From positions 20,524,001 to 20,588,000 of the forward strand of contig CM119372.1 of NCBI GenBank assembly GCA_051294905.1: a DNA stretch of 64,000 nt, given 5' to 3'. The stretch is from Botryllus schlosseri (taxonomy: Eukaryota). The notes beneath the pieces were generated by a model, which did not search any database, was not told the origin of the DNA, and saw nothing but the letters and a program-made list of their open reading frames with translations. Below are positions 1-11,750 of the stretch, one piece after another. A program made the position numbers and the translations under genes. Position 1 is the stretch's first letter, and every line of letters starts with the position of its first letter.

Positions 1-1398
1 TTGACGAGGCTACTTTTGTGATAATGACATCATAACGATTCCAATTTTACCATTTTCGTGTTCAAATCAATTTAGGGCAACTGGTATGTAGGCTTATTCT
101 GTGATTTCTAAAATATTACCAATAATTTGTGTCACAAGAAGCATTGACATTCATGACTTTCCTGTCTTCGAGCTCTTACTCATGACAAAGTATGACCCAT
201 GAGGCCATTACCCATCTCCCGTACCAGATGATTCACTCTGGATAAATATCGCTAGTCAGCGCTACAGGGTCACCAACGTTGGGCCAATGGCCATCCCCGA
301 ATAAATCCATCGAGAGCATTCTTAATCTAAGGGCGGGGATAATAAAGTTAGCTGATCCGGGGGTATGCTAATCAAGTAATCATGTGATTAAAAACTGCTA
401 ATATGGACGCATTTTAGGCGTAGATAATAAAGTTAGCTGATCCGGAAGAATGCTAATCGTGTGATTAAATACTGTAGTTCAGGGGTGTCAAACTCAAATT
501 GCGCCGCGGGCCGGATTCTACCCTTCTAATCGCCCACGGCCGGACGGATCAGCCGACCGATACCAAAATATACCTCGTGTCCTAGCTTATCACTTGAATA
601 CAAAGCATTTATAGATAATACACCGATCATATACGAGGGGTTCTATTCCGACATGTCGCAACGCCTCTATTGGCGAACAATCGTGATGGCAGAAATACAA
701 CGATTGTCCGTGTGAATACACTACAGCCGATAAAACAGTAGCGTTAACGACGATGTAAGTTGGCATATTTCTATGCTCCCTTTGCTGTAGTCTTAGTCTG
801 CCGTTAGCCCCGCGTATTTGCTGTGAGGAATATTCTACATGATATTTAACTCTAAACGCGGCGTGAATTCGGGCTTTTATTATTGAATTGCCAGTCGGGG
901 TTCTTATCCCAAGTCCGGGGACCTATATTCGATGGTAAGTGACACAGCAGTGCGACCATAGATATTTTGATTATATATTTGTGCAGGGTTGTAATGACTC
1001 GAGTCATGACTCGACTCGAGTCAGACTCGAGTCACGATATTTTTGTGACTCGACTTGACTCGAGTCATTTTCTTGAAATGGGAAAATGACTTGATTCGAC
1101 TCGAGTCAATATTTGGATTGACTCGACTTGTACTCGAGTCATTACGCATGACTCGACCCAAGTCATTGACTTGGTTTATTTTATATGACTCGAAGACGAA
1201 AAAATTTGCGAATCGTAACGGCTAGATCAACGCATCTGACGAATTCTGCCGACATCGCTATTTGTCACCACTGCTTTCGTTGCACTAGTCTGATATCAGA
1301 TAGGCCGCCGTAAAAACAACAGACAATGGTACATAGTAGCAATGCATTTGTACAAAATCATCCAGTGATGAAGAGGTAATAAATCCTCCGCAATTAAA

Positions 1399-1740
1399 GT
1401 GCCGTACTCAAGACTTTTCAATTATACAAGCAAAGAATCGAAGCAGAGTTCAATTAGAGCCAATGCAATGACTGAGATGGTCAAGTACTTGGAAGAGACT
1501 GATAAGCTCATGTGTAGATTTGAAGACGATGATTATTTGCATTTTTGGGCGACTAGAAAGAATGAGTATCCAACGCTCTTCAGTGAGGTTCAAAAATGCT
1601 TGTCAATTCCTGCATCTAGTGCACCAGTGGAAAGTGTATTCAGTAAATGTGGATTTATTCTAAGGCCACGCAGCTTTAATATATCTGGGAATCTCCTCTC
1701 CACTTTGGTATTTTTGAAGTGTAACTCATCATTGATTTGA
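1399..1740 (+). pseudogene. hAT transposase C-terminal dimerisation domain (hATC) fragment
   Basis: Translation LHFWATRKNEYPTL...CLSIPASSAPVESVFSKCGFILRPRS...LSTLVFLKCN fits the hATC consensus (FW...YP.L...LSIPASS...ER.FS..G......R..L....L..L.FL..N). It lies inside the 984-3074 element and lacks the upstream DDE region. Confidence 0.88.
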
Positions 1741-1853
1741 TCTGTCGTCTGTGAAAACACACAATACCCTCCGTCCATTTGACGTTTTATTAGGTATGTG
1801 CATTGTGCACGTGACTAATAATGAATGGTTAATGTTGTGTGATGTTTGTACAG

Positions 1854-2346
1854 TAGGGCTGTTCAAAAATAACTTCTTTTTTATTTTACTTTATGGCTAG
1901 GCTACTTGATAAAATTGTTATGTTGCATTAAAAGAACACTGAATCTGGTTAAATTTTAAAAAGTAGAATCAATGATATGAGAAGAGAAAATTTTGGATTT
2001 GAAAATTAATGGAGTATTTTTAGTGAGAAATTCTTTCATATAATATAATTACATACTAGTGGTAAGCAGACTATTTTTTCATATCCAAAATATCCTATTC
2101 TGATAACTTCGCTTCTTCTTGTTGGAATTGAGCCAAATTTGCTATGAATCATATTTTTACACAATCTAACAATATCATGAGGTAGCCACTAAAATTCGAA
2201 AATCTCTATTCGTGATTAATACAAAATTTTCTCCCAGAGCATTACTTTCTACCGGTCGGAATTGAGACAAATTTAAGTCTTTTTAGGCAATCTAACAATT
2301 CTAAGAAGTAGCCGGAAAATTGAAAAAAATGTTTTTAACAGCCCCA
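1854..2346. mobile_element. TAGGGCTGTTCAAAAAT-family MITE (degenerate copy)
   Basis: Left end TAGGGCTGTTCAAAAATAAC, right end GTTTTTAACAGCCCCA; internal similarity to copies at 15565, 28664 and 41293; no intact TSD seen. Confidence 0.7.
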
Positions 2347-3674
2347 ATTATTTCTCCAATGCTGTAACTGCGATGTTGTCTGTAATGCAATTGGGAAAAC
2401 CTTTAGTAATATCAAAAGGTATCTGTTTTTGTCACTGCACATAGCTACATGCACGCTTTTACAGCATGCTGGCCTGGTGAAAATACCCCTACATAAACAT
2501 GCGTCTGTTGATTCTCTATCACCTTATTTGTCGACGTGAATTCGCAGGTTCTCTAGCAGATAGTATGTAGACTTGAATTCGTTGGTTCTCAATCAGCTAT
2601 TTGTGAGCTGTCGTCGATGTGGTCGTAATAAAAACTGAATGCTTGTATTTGTGATGTATCAGACTGACCAGACATATATTTGATTTTAAGTTCTAAGATT
2701 AGTAAAGTTATCATATTGGTGGCCTGTCTCGTCTATCTGAAGCATTGGTAAATGAGGCCAGGAACTGTCCGTAATATACCTAAATAAACATGTGCCAAGA
2801 CTCTGGTAGGGACAAAATAAGCATGTTAGGCAAGCAAGGAATTCAATATCACCCAAACAGGATTGAAAACATTGGATGAACCTGACTTCAATACTGTGAC
2901 TTGGACTCGGACTCGAGTCATGACACTATGACTCGGACTTGACCCGGTAAACGGTGACTTGGACTCGGACTCGACTCGGTGTTGAATTGAAAATGACTCG
3001 ACTTGACTCGAGTCAAAACCACAAAAGTAAGATTGACTCGTGACTCGGAACCATGTGACTTTGTTACAACCCTGTATTTGTGTAACATGAAAATTGCAGA
3101 CATCGATTCTGCATTAGCGTTCTCACTTCTGTGAATAGTTACTATTTGGTCCATTTTTTCCATAAAACTCTGAATTCAGTGTGCACTTTTGCCTTCTCAA
3201 ATCAGAGAGAGTGAAAGCACTACACCATAGTTGGGTCATTGTGGCTTATGAACATGCTCGGCATTTGCTGTCTTATAGGGAATATTTGATGAAAGTATTT
3301 CCCGTACAAAATCTCAACATTTGTTACAAATGTGCTGGATAATATTAGATTTTCTGAATCTATACTCAGAATTGCTTCGCGGGCCCGATGAAACCGTCTG
3401 GCGGGCAGGATGCGGCCCGGGGACGTATGTTTGACACCCCTGCTGTAGTAGGAAAACGTTACGCGCGATGATTAGTCACGGTGTCCCGAGTTTTCAATCA
3501 AGTGGCGTTATCGGCGAATACGCGTTATTGGCTGTCAGTATATCAGTTGTCAATTTGTTGAATGAAACAGCAGCCTGTTGATAACGATACCGCCACTGTA
3601 ATAGGTAGAATTATCATCGCGAAATGAAATTTGGGTCCAATTAGTACGGTTCAGCTAGGAAACATATTATAGAA

Positions 3675-4887
3675 CAGTGGTTCCCAAACGGTGGGGAATT
3701 CCTCACTAGTGGGGAATTCAATGGTTTCTGGTGGGGAATAGACGCGGTTGTTTAAAATTATCTGCAGCAAAGTCTGCATATTCACGGAGACACATGCGCA
3801 ATTACCGTTACCAGTTAACTGCCCTGGAATGTATGTTTCGAAAATTATATTGCGCGGTGCTCACAAAACCTGATTTTTAACTCTGGATTTCCAATCATGG
3901 TGTTACAAACGCCTCCAGCACGACTAGGTTGACGTGAAATAACGCTTTCGCGTAATTTTGAGCGTTACTTGTATCAGTTCACAATACGTTTTACGTTGCA
4001 GTTATAGGCGATTGTCTTGGCGTACTGGTGTGGTTGTGTGTCTTGTGTAGTCAAACCAGGAAATAGCTCCAATTGGGGGGGGGGGGGCGAGCTCGAAGGG
4101 GCCCAAAATGATTTCATATAGTAACATGAATGATAGAGTATTTTTTTGGAAATTTATGTCACTTATTCAAACTTTTATTTGCGCTGGGCGCGCGATTTAA
4201 TATTGCCTAATATTTTTATTATTGGGTACCCTTCTCCCAAGAAAATACGTAGAATTTATAGAAATGGAGATTTCGGTGTCGGCCATTACTGCGCCACGAC
4301 GCACCAAGTCATATGAAGTTATACGCCATGTACCATGCGACTCCGATAAGTGTGCCAGAACGATCAGCAGCGAGAAGACCTTGGCCAAGAAGGAATGCCC
4401 TTGTGGTGACCGAAAACTTCGATATACATATATGTTTAATTGTCCAGAGGCGGCTAAATGGCTGGCGCCGAATTTTCCTGTCCTGGCGATCTGAACCCCA
4501 CAGGACAAATGCCATCCCGCAGGGAAAAAATTATTTGACAGTAAAGCAATACCTTTGAGTTTTGGCGATTTCCATATCTTTCGACATAGCAGATTTAGGA
4601 GGTCACGAAATAGCGTCATGTAACGAAGTCAATATATCAACGGGTCTGCCCGAAGATGTTTAATTCATACTTAGGGGTCCTACCTTTTCCGACACACGTC
4701 ACTCAGCTCTACCGGTAAGGGGATAAAAATTAATAGCAAAATATATGCAATTCCCGATCATATTGACCGATTCAAACATGAATGATATAAATTTTTCGCG
4801 CTTCGCGCGTTTACGGTCCTAGTGGGGAATGACGGCTCGGAATAAACCTGAAGTGGGGAATGAAGACAAAAAGGTTGGGAACCACTG
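3675..4887. mobile_element. hAT (Charlie/Buster-type) non-autonomous element
   Basis: TIRs CAGTGGTTCCCAAAC / GGTTGGGAACCACTG; perfect TSD ttatagaa (3667-3674, 4888-4895); GTGGGGAAT subterminal repeats. Confidence 0.92.
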
Positions 4888-6986
4888 TTATAGAATATAG
4901 ATATCGCTCTGAAATGGTGGGTATATAATTCGTTCATTGTTTAGTGAAGCCATTACCTAGGAGACAATCGGCACGGTCATTATCGGAAATCTTTGCGCGT
5001 TGGAATAATACGCAGTTCACGCAGTTTTTATGGATAACTAGTAATCTCTAGTTTGTTCCGGTTTGTTAAATCCCGAGATTAAAACCAAGTTTATGCGCTG
5101 CGATCAACCGGTTTCCTTAATCCTGGGTTGTTAAATCCTGAGGAACGCGATAATCGACTTTATTGCTAATCCAACTTTATTATCTCCACCTTAACATTGA
5201 AATTTGGACAGATCCAAATTTTGTTCAAAAAAAAATAAGCCTATGTGCGAAATTGTCAAAGCCAGTAAAGTAGTGTATAAATTGGTGGTTGATTTTCAAA
5301 TCAAATAATTCACATGAATTTACGGACCTGTTCGCATCCTCTCAATAGTCAAATCTCTGTCATCGACAGCGTTCGTCTGTGCGTACATATGGAAGCTCGG
5401 ACTAGGACCATAGCAATTTACAATGTTGCTACGTTGTAAATTTCTTTGCTTCGACAGTAGTGTTTTCGCTGGGTGTAAAACTGTCGATTCGAAAAATCGG
5501 GATTGCGTACATATCTGGAATGTTCCTTACCAGACTTCGTTCGAAGCAGGCGTAAATCTTGGCGTAGCTCTTTCTGTGGAACTATCATTCAAACAATTGG
5601 TCCCACCTGCTGTTTCAGTTCAACTCTGGTTCCAGCTTCATAAAAAATACACGGCTTCGGTCCCGAATACCAATACTTTGCACTAAATATAAGTATAGGT
5701 AGGCCAATGTACTGAGAGTACATTTCCCTATTTCAAAATTATGTTCTTCAGATCTTGCAGGTAATTCGACTTAACCCGTGTTCGTCCAGCACCCATTTTC
5801 AGAACTCTTCATGTTCTGGCGCCCCCTTATTTTATGACGCACAGTGAGGCTTATTGCCTTTTCCAGCTTAGTTCTCTACATCTACAATAAGAATTTCATA
5901 ATGTGCATAATATATTTGATTTTTCGTATTCTTGAGGACGACTTCGCTTATACGCTCAGTTCATTCTTCAGTTTCTCGCCTCCCCATACTTCCCAATCGC
6001 GATCTTTGTTGCCGACTTATAGATCGGCTCACATTCAGGCATGAAATACGAACCCCTATTATACCTGAATTATTATACCCAAAGCATAGGTAAAAACAGA
6101 TTGCTAATCAACAATATATTTCGTGCTAATCGCAACGAAAAATGTCGAGATTTGATCATTTTGGTCAAAACTTCACTTGCAATGAGAACTATAATATGAT
6201 GTAATACCACCACATCATTTATCTTCACCTCTCCCATAGCGTCCCAGTGCCCCGTCGAGAATTTCTACTCCTTTCGAAGTCAAAATCACCCGGTAGCGGC
6301 GGGCATGCGGTAGCGCCAATGTTGACTACCACTGCGTGATATGTGCGTATTTATTATCTATCATACAGTATTATAGGTGATTAGCGAAGTCTGATTAGGC
6401 AGGAAATTTAATGCTTCAACCGATATCGTCCAATACAACACGTAGGCTACCACTGAAAATATGCCAGAAAATACCTGTTGCGACGGCAAGGTCGCTCATA
6501 TTATATCAGGGGCGGGCAACCCGTGGCCTGCGAGATAATTTTCGAAATTAGTTATATTATCAAAAATCAATTGTCCAGATTGTGAACTTTGCAAAGCAAA
6601 CCAAATTTAAACTAGTCTGGCCGCAACACTTGAGATGTTGATGACTAAAATATCAGTCCGACGCATTAGCAGATCCATGGGCCATGTCACATTTCGGTAG
6701 ATCTTCGTACATTCCAATAAAGTAGAATATTTTGCGGTAGATTGGTCTAATGTAAATATTTCCTTCACGCTTCGTGCAATATGATGTCAATCGCTTTCTT
6801 GCTTTTAATAATGTTACTGAAAATTATTTAAAAAACGCCCAACGTACCAGATTGAGTCTAACTACATTCGCAATTACGACCGAAAGTGTCGTCCAGCATG
6901 TGACCTTGAGAGGTCGTCGACGATGAAACCTAGGCACAAAATGATTATCGCATGTTGGCCAAAGCTTTCGATATCGATATGTCCAG

Positions 6987-8055
6987 TAGGGTTCCGGTTA
7001 AAACTATTTTGCCCCTGATTAAATAATTCAAATCATGATTTTTTTGTTTTTGTTTTTTACTCATAACAACAACAACCAACACGAACAAAAGAAAATGGGA
7101 TGAATGACGACCATGTCAATCAAGGTGATGGAGGATAAAGCTTAAACTTTAATAATGTGGGACTGTGAATCATCATCAACAAAACGTTTAGCTAGGGTTA
7201 ACGTACGTCCTCTTTCAAGAACATTTGTCTCCTTTTTAGTCTTTTTTGAAAGTGTCCTCGGAGGACGCCTAAATGTCCTCTTTCTTGAGAATGTCCTCTT
7301 TTTTTAAATTTTGGATAATTGTACGTGGAAATTGGACTGAGATATAGGAATTCAGCGTTCTACTAACGGACCTGCGGGTATTTCGGGACTTGAGCCAGAA
7401 AAATGACCAATTTTGTTGTTATTAGTCAACCGACCACAGAGTCGGGAAAAATTTACCATTTATTCCTGATTTTACTCCAGTATTGTAAGTCTGAAAATTT
7501 TGACAAAGTGTCTTCTTTGAGATTCCCAAAATATGGTAACCCTAGTTTAACCTATGGGGTAATGATGGGTCGCTAGAATCATTACTGATCTGTTCTAGTA
7601 GCAAGGAAACATGATGAGTCAACTCGGGACAATCCATAGTAGTTTTGCGACGCTTAGGCATCAGAGATGGAGGAATCTTTCGACAGAGACTCCGGATTGC
7701 GGTTTGTATTCGGTATCCCACTAGTGCCTCGGAAATAGAAGCAGCATGTTGCAGACAACTAACTATCCACAGCAAAAACACTAACATATTGATTGACTAC
7801 CGCTCTTTGCTCTTTACCCGACTGTCTGTCAAATAGCTGAACTATACCGGTGCCGGTGACGAAATGCTATCTCAGGTTTATGTAAAATACACATGATTGT
7901 GCCATAATAAACCTCATCCACGCATCTCGTCCGAAAATTTGAAAAAAACAAAATATTCAATAATATCAAAATGGTGAAATTAAAATAAAAAATCAACGAA
8001 AAATCCCTGACTAATATCACACTGATTTAAATCAGCCTGATAAACCACAACCCTA
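6987..8055. mobile_element. hAT-like element with TAGGGTT termini, nested
   Basis: Ends TAGGGTT / AACCCTA; TSD atgtccag (6979-6986) vs atgtccat (8056-8063). Confidence 0.7.
7193..7544. mobile_element. hAT (Blackjack-like) MITE with GTCCTC repeats
   Basis: Ends TAGGGTTAAC / GGTAACCCTA; GTCCTC subterminal repeats; a second copy lies in opposite orientation at 56760-57142. Confidence 0.75.
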
Positions 8056-10877
8056 ATGTCCATCTGTTAACCTGTAAACTTGCAAAAAAGTGCCCTTTGG
8101 CCGAAAAGGTTGGCCACCCCTGCGTTATATCGAATGGTCAGATTCGATACCCATGCACTATGATCAATGACCGATATTTGTCAATAATGATGGTCGTACA
8201 GGTTCGAGATTATGAAGTTGCGGACTGCAATGATTTTCTACTTTGTCCCCCCCTTTCTCTCTTCCTCTCTTTCTCATTTTATTTGCCATCTGTTACAAGA
8301 TTACGCCAGCTTCATGGTGCATCAAGCAGCGGTTTACTGCACAGTTTTCTGCAGAAAATGAAGCTATGAATACAAATGTTAACCCTGTCACCAATATTTA
8401 ATTAGGAAAAATAGAAGTACATAATACCTACCGTAATTCTTGAGATTTAAAATTCTATGTAGCACCAGACTGGGACTCCTCAGGGACATTGTGATCACTT
8501 ACCTACATCACATGCACTGCACAGTGCACACGCCGGGAGTGTACATCAGCAGATGACACCTAGCTACCCTAACAAGTCTCTCGTTGTGTTTGTGTACTTG
8601 GATTTTTCAAAAGGAGTATAGAAGAGTGACTGAAAAATACGAGGTAAGATAGAGATGCGCATATAGTGCGCTTTCCTTGCACTTGGTATCTTCCATTCAT
8701 AGCGATGCGCTCTAAAACGGATAAATTACCTGTGTTAGAGCCAGAGGTCAGTTGAAGGCACTTACCTTATTTTGTATAATTTAGGAGTACGTCCAGCGTG
8801 ACTATCTGTATCTGTATCGATCGCTGCGTATAGTCATTTTATTACATTTTAAAATCGAATTGCCGATGAAATCACCTCCGTCAAACTTTCAATATTATGC
8901 TGTTAGTCGGAGGGAATCGAAAAAACGCAATCCAATAGTCTTTCATCGCGTGATTTATGAAGTGTAATATCCTGTTGTCTATGTGTGTCCACAGTCCATT
9001 TAGTCGATGTATGTATTGTATAATAAGTATGTGCCGAGTTAACTTTACCATATGGCGACTCTAAATCTGAAAAGCTTATAGGGTTTATTTTCCAATTTTT
9101 GATGCATACTATTGTCAGTTTTGTCAATATGTATGTGACTATATGGTTCAGGTAAAAATTTACGATATACATTTTTATCGACGATAATATGGTCGAATTC
9201 TCTGATATTTATTGATATTAATCCATTACATAATTACTGAAGAAAATTGCACTCTTTCTGCCATGGCAATTGAAAGTAATCGGGTGCGGTATTTAGCTGG
9301 ACCGATCGTCCACACTCCACGTACGTACAGTAATAGCCTACACGTAAAATAGCTTTACTCAACATTCTACTATGTCTCATGTCTGCACTGCATGCAACGT
9401 ACTAGGTTACATTGAAAATGACTGGCGGGTACGAATTACGTCACTTCAATAACCTCAATATATGTGTTTGCTTCCCAAATAACTTTTGCTTTTCGGATGA
9501 GGCATCACTTATTATTTCACCTCGATATCAGACGGACGAATGATGTCACATACCCTATTTTGATGACCAACATTATAATCCGAAGCAAACAAATAAACAC
9601 AGCGATATTGAAGTAGATAGGTTTATGGCAATGGGAAGACGGAAGGAACGTCAAGACAAACGAGTCGGTTGATTAAGTATATACGACTGTTCTCGTAATC
9701 TTGCGAAGTCGGGACGCTTTACGGTCATCGAGGTTGTCACGATCTGTTTCACGTGGGGTTCAAAGGTAAACCTCCATTATTTCTGTGTACCGACGTAATG
9801 AACGGAAAAGTTTTGGTATCTCGCCCTGCAGTCAACGTAACACATAGCTGGCGTAGCTCGAAGAATAATATTGACTATCGAAAGAGTTGAATCGGAGTAT
9901 AATCTCAATGTATATTCTCACAAGCGCCTCGTCCATTTCTGTTTACCTGGGTGTGCTGTAGGAGTAACAAGAGCGCAGAGGAGTTATGTACAATGCACCA
10001 CACAGTGTCGCGTATATCGTCGCGATGCTTGTTTCGCACCATTGACGTTCGAAAATGAGATCATGGACCTGAAAGCTCATTGTCACGTGCGTATTATTGC
10101 TTGGTAATTACGCACATGCCCGCGAACATTGCACCGAACCGAGCGGGAAAGTCGCAGGATTTGATGACATAATGTATAGGCCTACACAGCATACGCGACA
10201 AAGTCTATCAAGAAGGTTCTGTGGGGTCTGCATGCACTTTGCATCGAACAACATTACTCTGCTCTGTAACGTCAACCGAGCAATCTTCCCACTCCCGTAG
10301 TATAATTTCAGCCCAGCTTTGAGTAAATTACCATGTTACTGACAGCAATTGCATTTCACTTCTTGCGCGATTGCGCAGCGCAATTGCGCTCTGTCTATGG
10401 CGGAAGCACATCATAAGCTGCACGGTGTACTTGGACTTTATACATGCAGGCGAATTTATTATGGCGATGAGAGTCCACATTCCGTATTCTTCCATTTGTG
10501 TAGCACATGTGACGTGAGTAAACAGCCTGTTACATTGTCACGCCAACAACGAATAAGCATGACATGTGCAAACGTGCGCAACAATTACGTATACTTATTA
10601 CTTATATCTGCAAAATGACCACGCAAAATAGAATGATCGGCTAAGCGCTTCCAGATCCTCTCGGCTCTCGTCTATATCTGAACAAGTGCCATCAATTAAG
10701 ACTAACGTGTTGTTCCAAGGCCTACCCCTCTCTATCCTGCCTCTGTCATTCCGGTTGGACCAAAATACGAAAACACGTAAACACCGTTAATAACGTTACT
10801 TCTTTATTATATTGGCGTTCAACAACCACCTTGGGTCATTCTTAGAGTGGTGTACCATCCAAGCTAAGCATATACGT

Positions 10878-11750
10878 CAGGGGCGGGCAACATACGGCCC
10901 GCGACGGGATTTTGAGCGGCCCGCAGACGCTTTCCGGTCTTACTTGATAATGTGGCCCGCGGGTCTACATACATTTGCGAGCAAACATTTTCGAACATGA
11001 ACATTAACAATAAAAGCTTCAATAGCTGGTTCGTGGTACAGAACTTGAATATAGCTTTCCATACAATATCCATTGTATAATAATATTTATTAACTCGAAG
11101 TCTTTTCGGGTGACTCTTTTCAAGAGTTAACGGCACACTAAAGGGATTTAAACAGATTTAAAAGCAAAACCAAAAAGGCAAAGTATGACGCAACCATCAA
11201 AATCACAAACCATGAAATTCGCATTGTACCAATGGCAACAAAACAAACTATGAAGTATACAGACATACGTTACTATACTAGCAACGCAATTCGTAAATAA
11301 ACAGTTACACGCACGAAACACATGCACTAATGAGAAATTTGTAGGTTGTAGAGGAAATCTTTTTGTCTACATAAAATAGGTTTGTTCAACTGAATAATAG
11401 TAGACTCCAGCACTTTTACAATTTACACTGTTACAATTTGATTGATGTTTACGTGTAGTATTTAATACGTCCGACAGAGACAGGCAGAGTTCAAAGAACT
11501 AGTTGAAAACTTTGATCGACCGCAGATGTCTCGTTGACTTCAGCAGCTATCGAAGTACATAACATAAATTCATTGAACACTGTTTTTGGTGACTATGTTT
11601 TAAAATTAACTTAAGGTTTACATTAAGTATGATTTATTCTATGTATAGGCGGATATATCCGTGATTAATGTATGGATCCATGAATCCGGCCCGCCAATGA
11701 CTTCATTTTCCCATATCCGGCCCGCCGACTGGGAAAGTTGCCCGCCCCTG
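10878..11750. mobile_element. hAT (Charlie-type) MITE
   Basis: TIRs CAGGGGCGGGCAAC / GTTGCCCGCCCCTG; perfect TSD atatacgt (10870-10877, 11751-11758); GGCCCGC subterminal repeats. Confidence 0.93.

Larger units (their letters stand above)
984..3074 (+). mobile_element. Internally deleted hAT element with GACTC/GACTT subterminal arrays
   Basis: TIRs CAGGGTTGTAA / TTACAACCCTG; perfect 8-bp TSD tatttgtg (976-983, 3075-3082); dense GACTCGAGTC repeats at 995-1195 and 2895-3062. Confidence 0.93.
480..3442. mobile_element. hAT (Charlie/Buster-type) non-autonomous element
   Basis: TIRs CAGGGGTGTCAAAC / GTTTGACACCCCTG; TSD ctgtagtt (472-479) vs ctgtagta (3443-3450); GCGGGCCG subterminal motifs. Related left end at 61800. 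Confidence 0.9.
417..5190. mobile_element. PIF/Harbinger-like non-autonomous element (outermost layer of a nest)
   Basis: Left end GGCGTAGATAATAAAGTT (417) and right end AACTTTATTATCTCCACC (5190) are imperfect inverted repeats, flanked on both sides by TTA (414-416, 5191-5193). A second copy of the left end lies at 331-416. A 3-bp TWA TSD is typical of PIF/Harbinger. Confidence 0.55.
6507..8122. mobile_element. hAT (Charlie-type) non-autonomous element
   Basis: Ends CAGGGGCGGGCAACC / GGTTGGCCACCCCTG; TSD tattatat vs cgttatat (6/8). Confidence 0.75.

Noticed and set aside
995..1195. GACTCGAGTC arrays (also 2895-3062, 27670-27810, 28390-28575) as CRISPR-like repeats
   Set aside because: No constant repeat with unique spacers; the arrays are subterminal to TIRs with 8-bp TSDs in a eukaryotic context.
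2918..3163. ORFs rich in TRVKSSH (also 27443-27796)
   Set aside because: These are translations of the GACTY repeat arrays, not proteins.
4197..4619. Overlapping ORFs with similarity to ORFs at 54850-55107
   Set aside because: The similarity reflects a shared non-coding repeat module; frames are not conserved and no domain is recognisable.
8490..8770. Several strong splice-donor-like sites on both strands
   Set aside because: No consistent exon chain or recognisable coding frame could be built.
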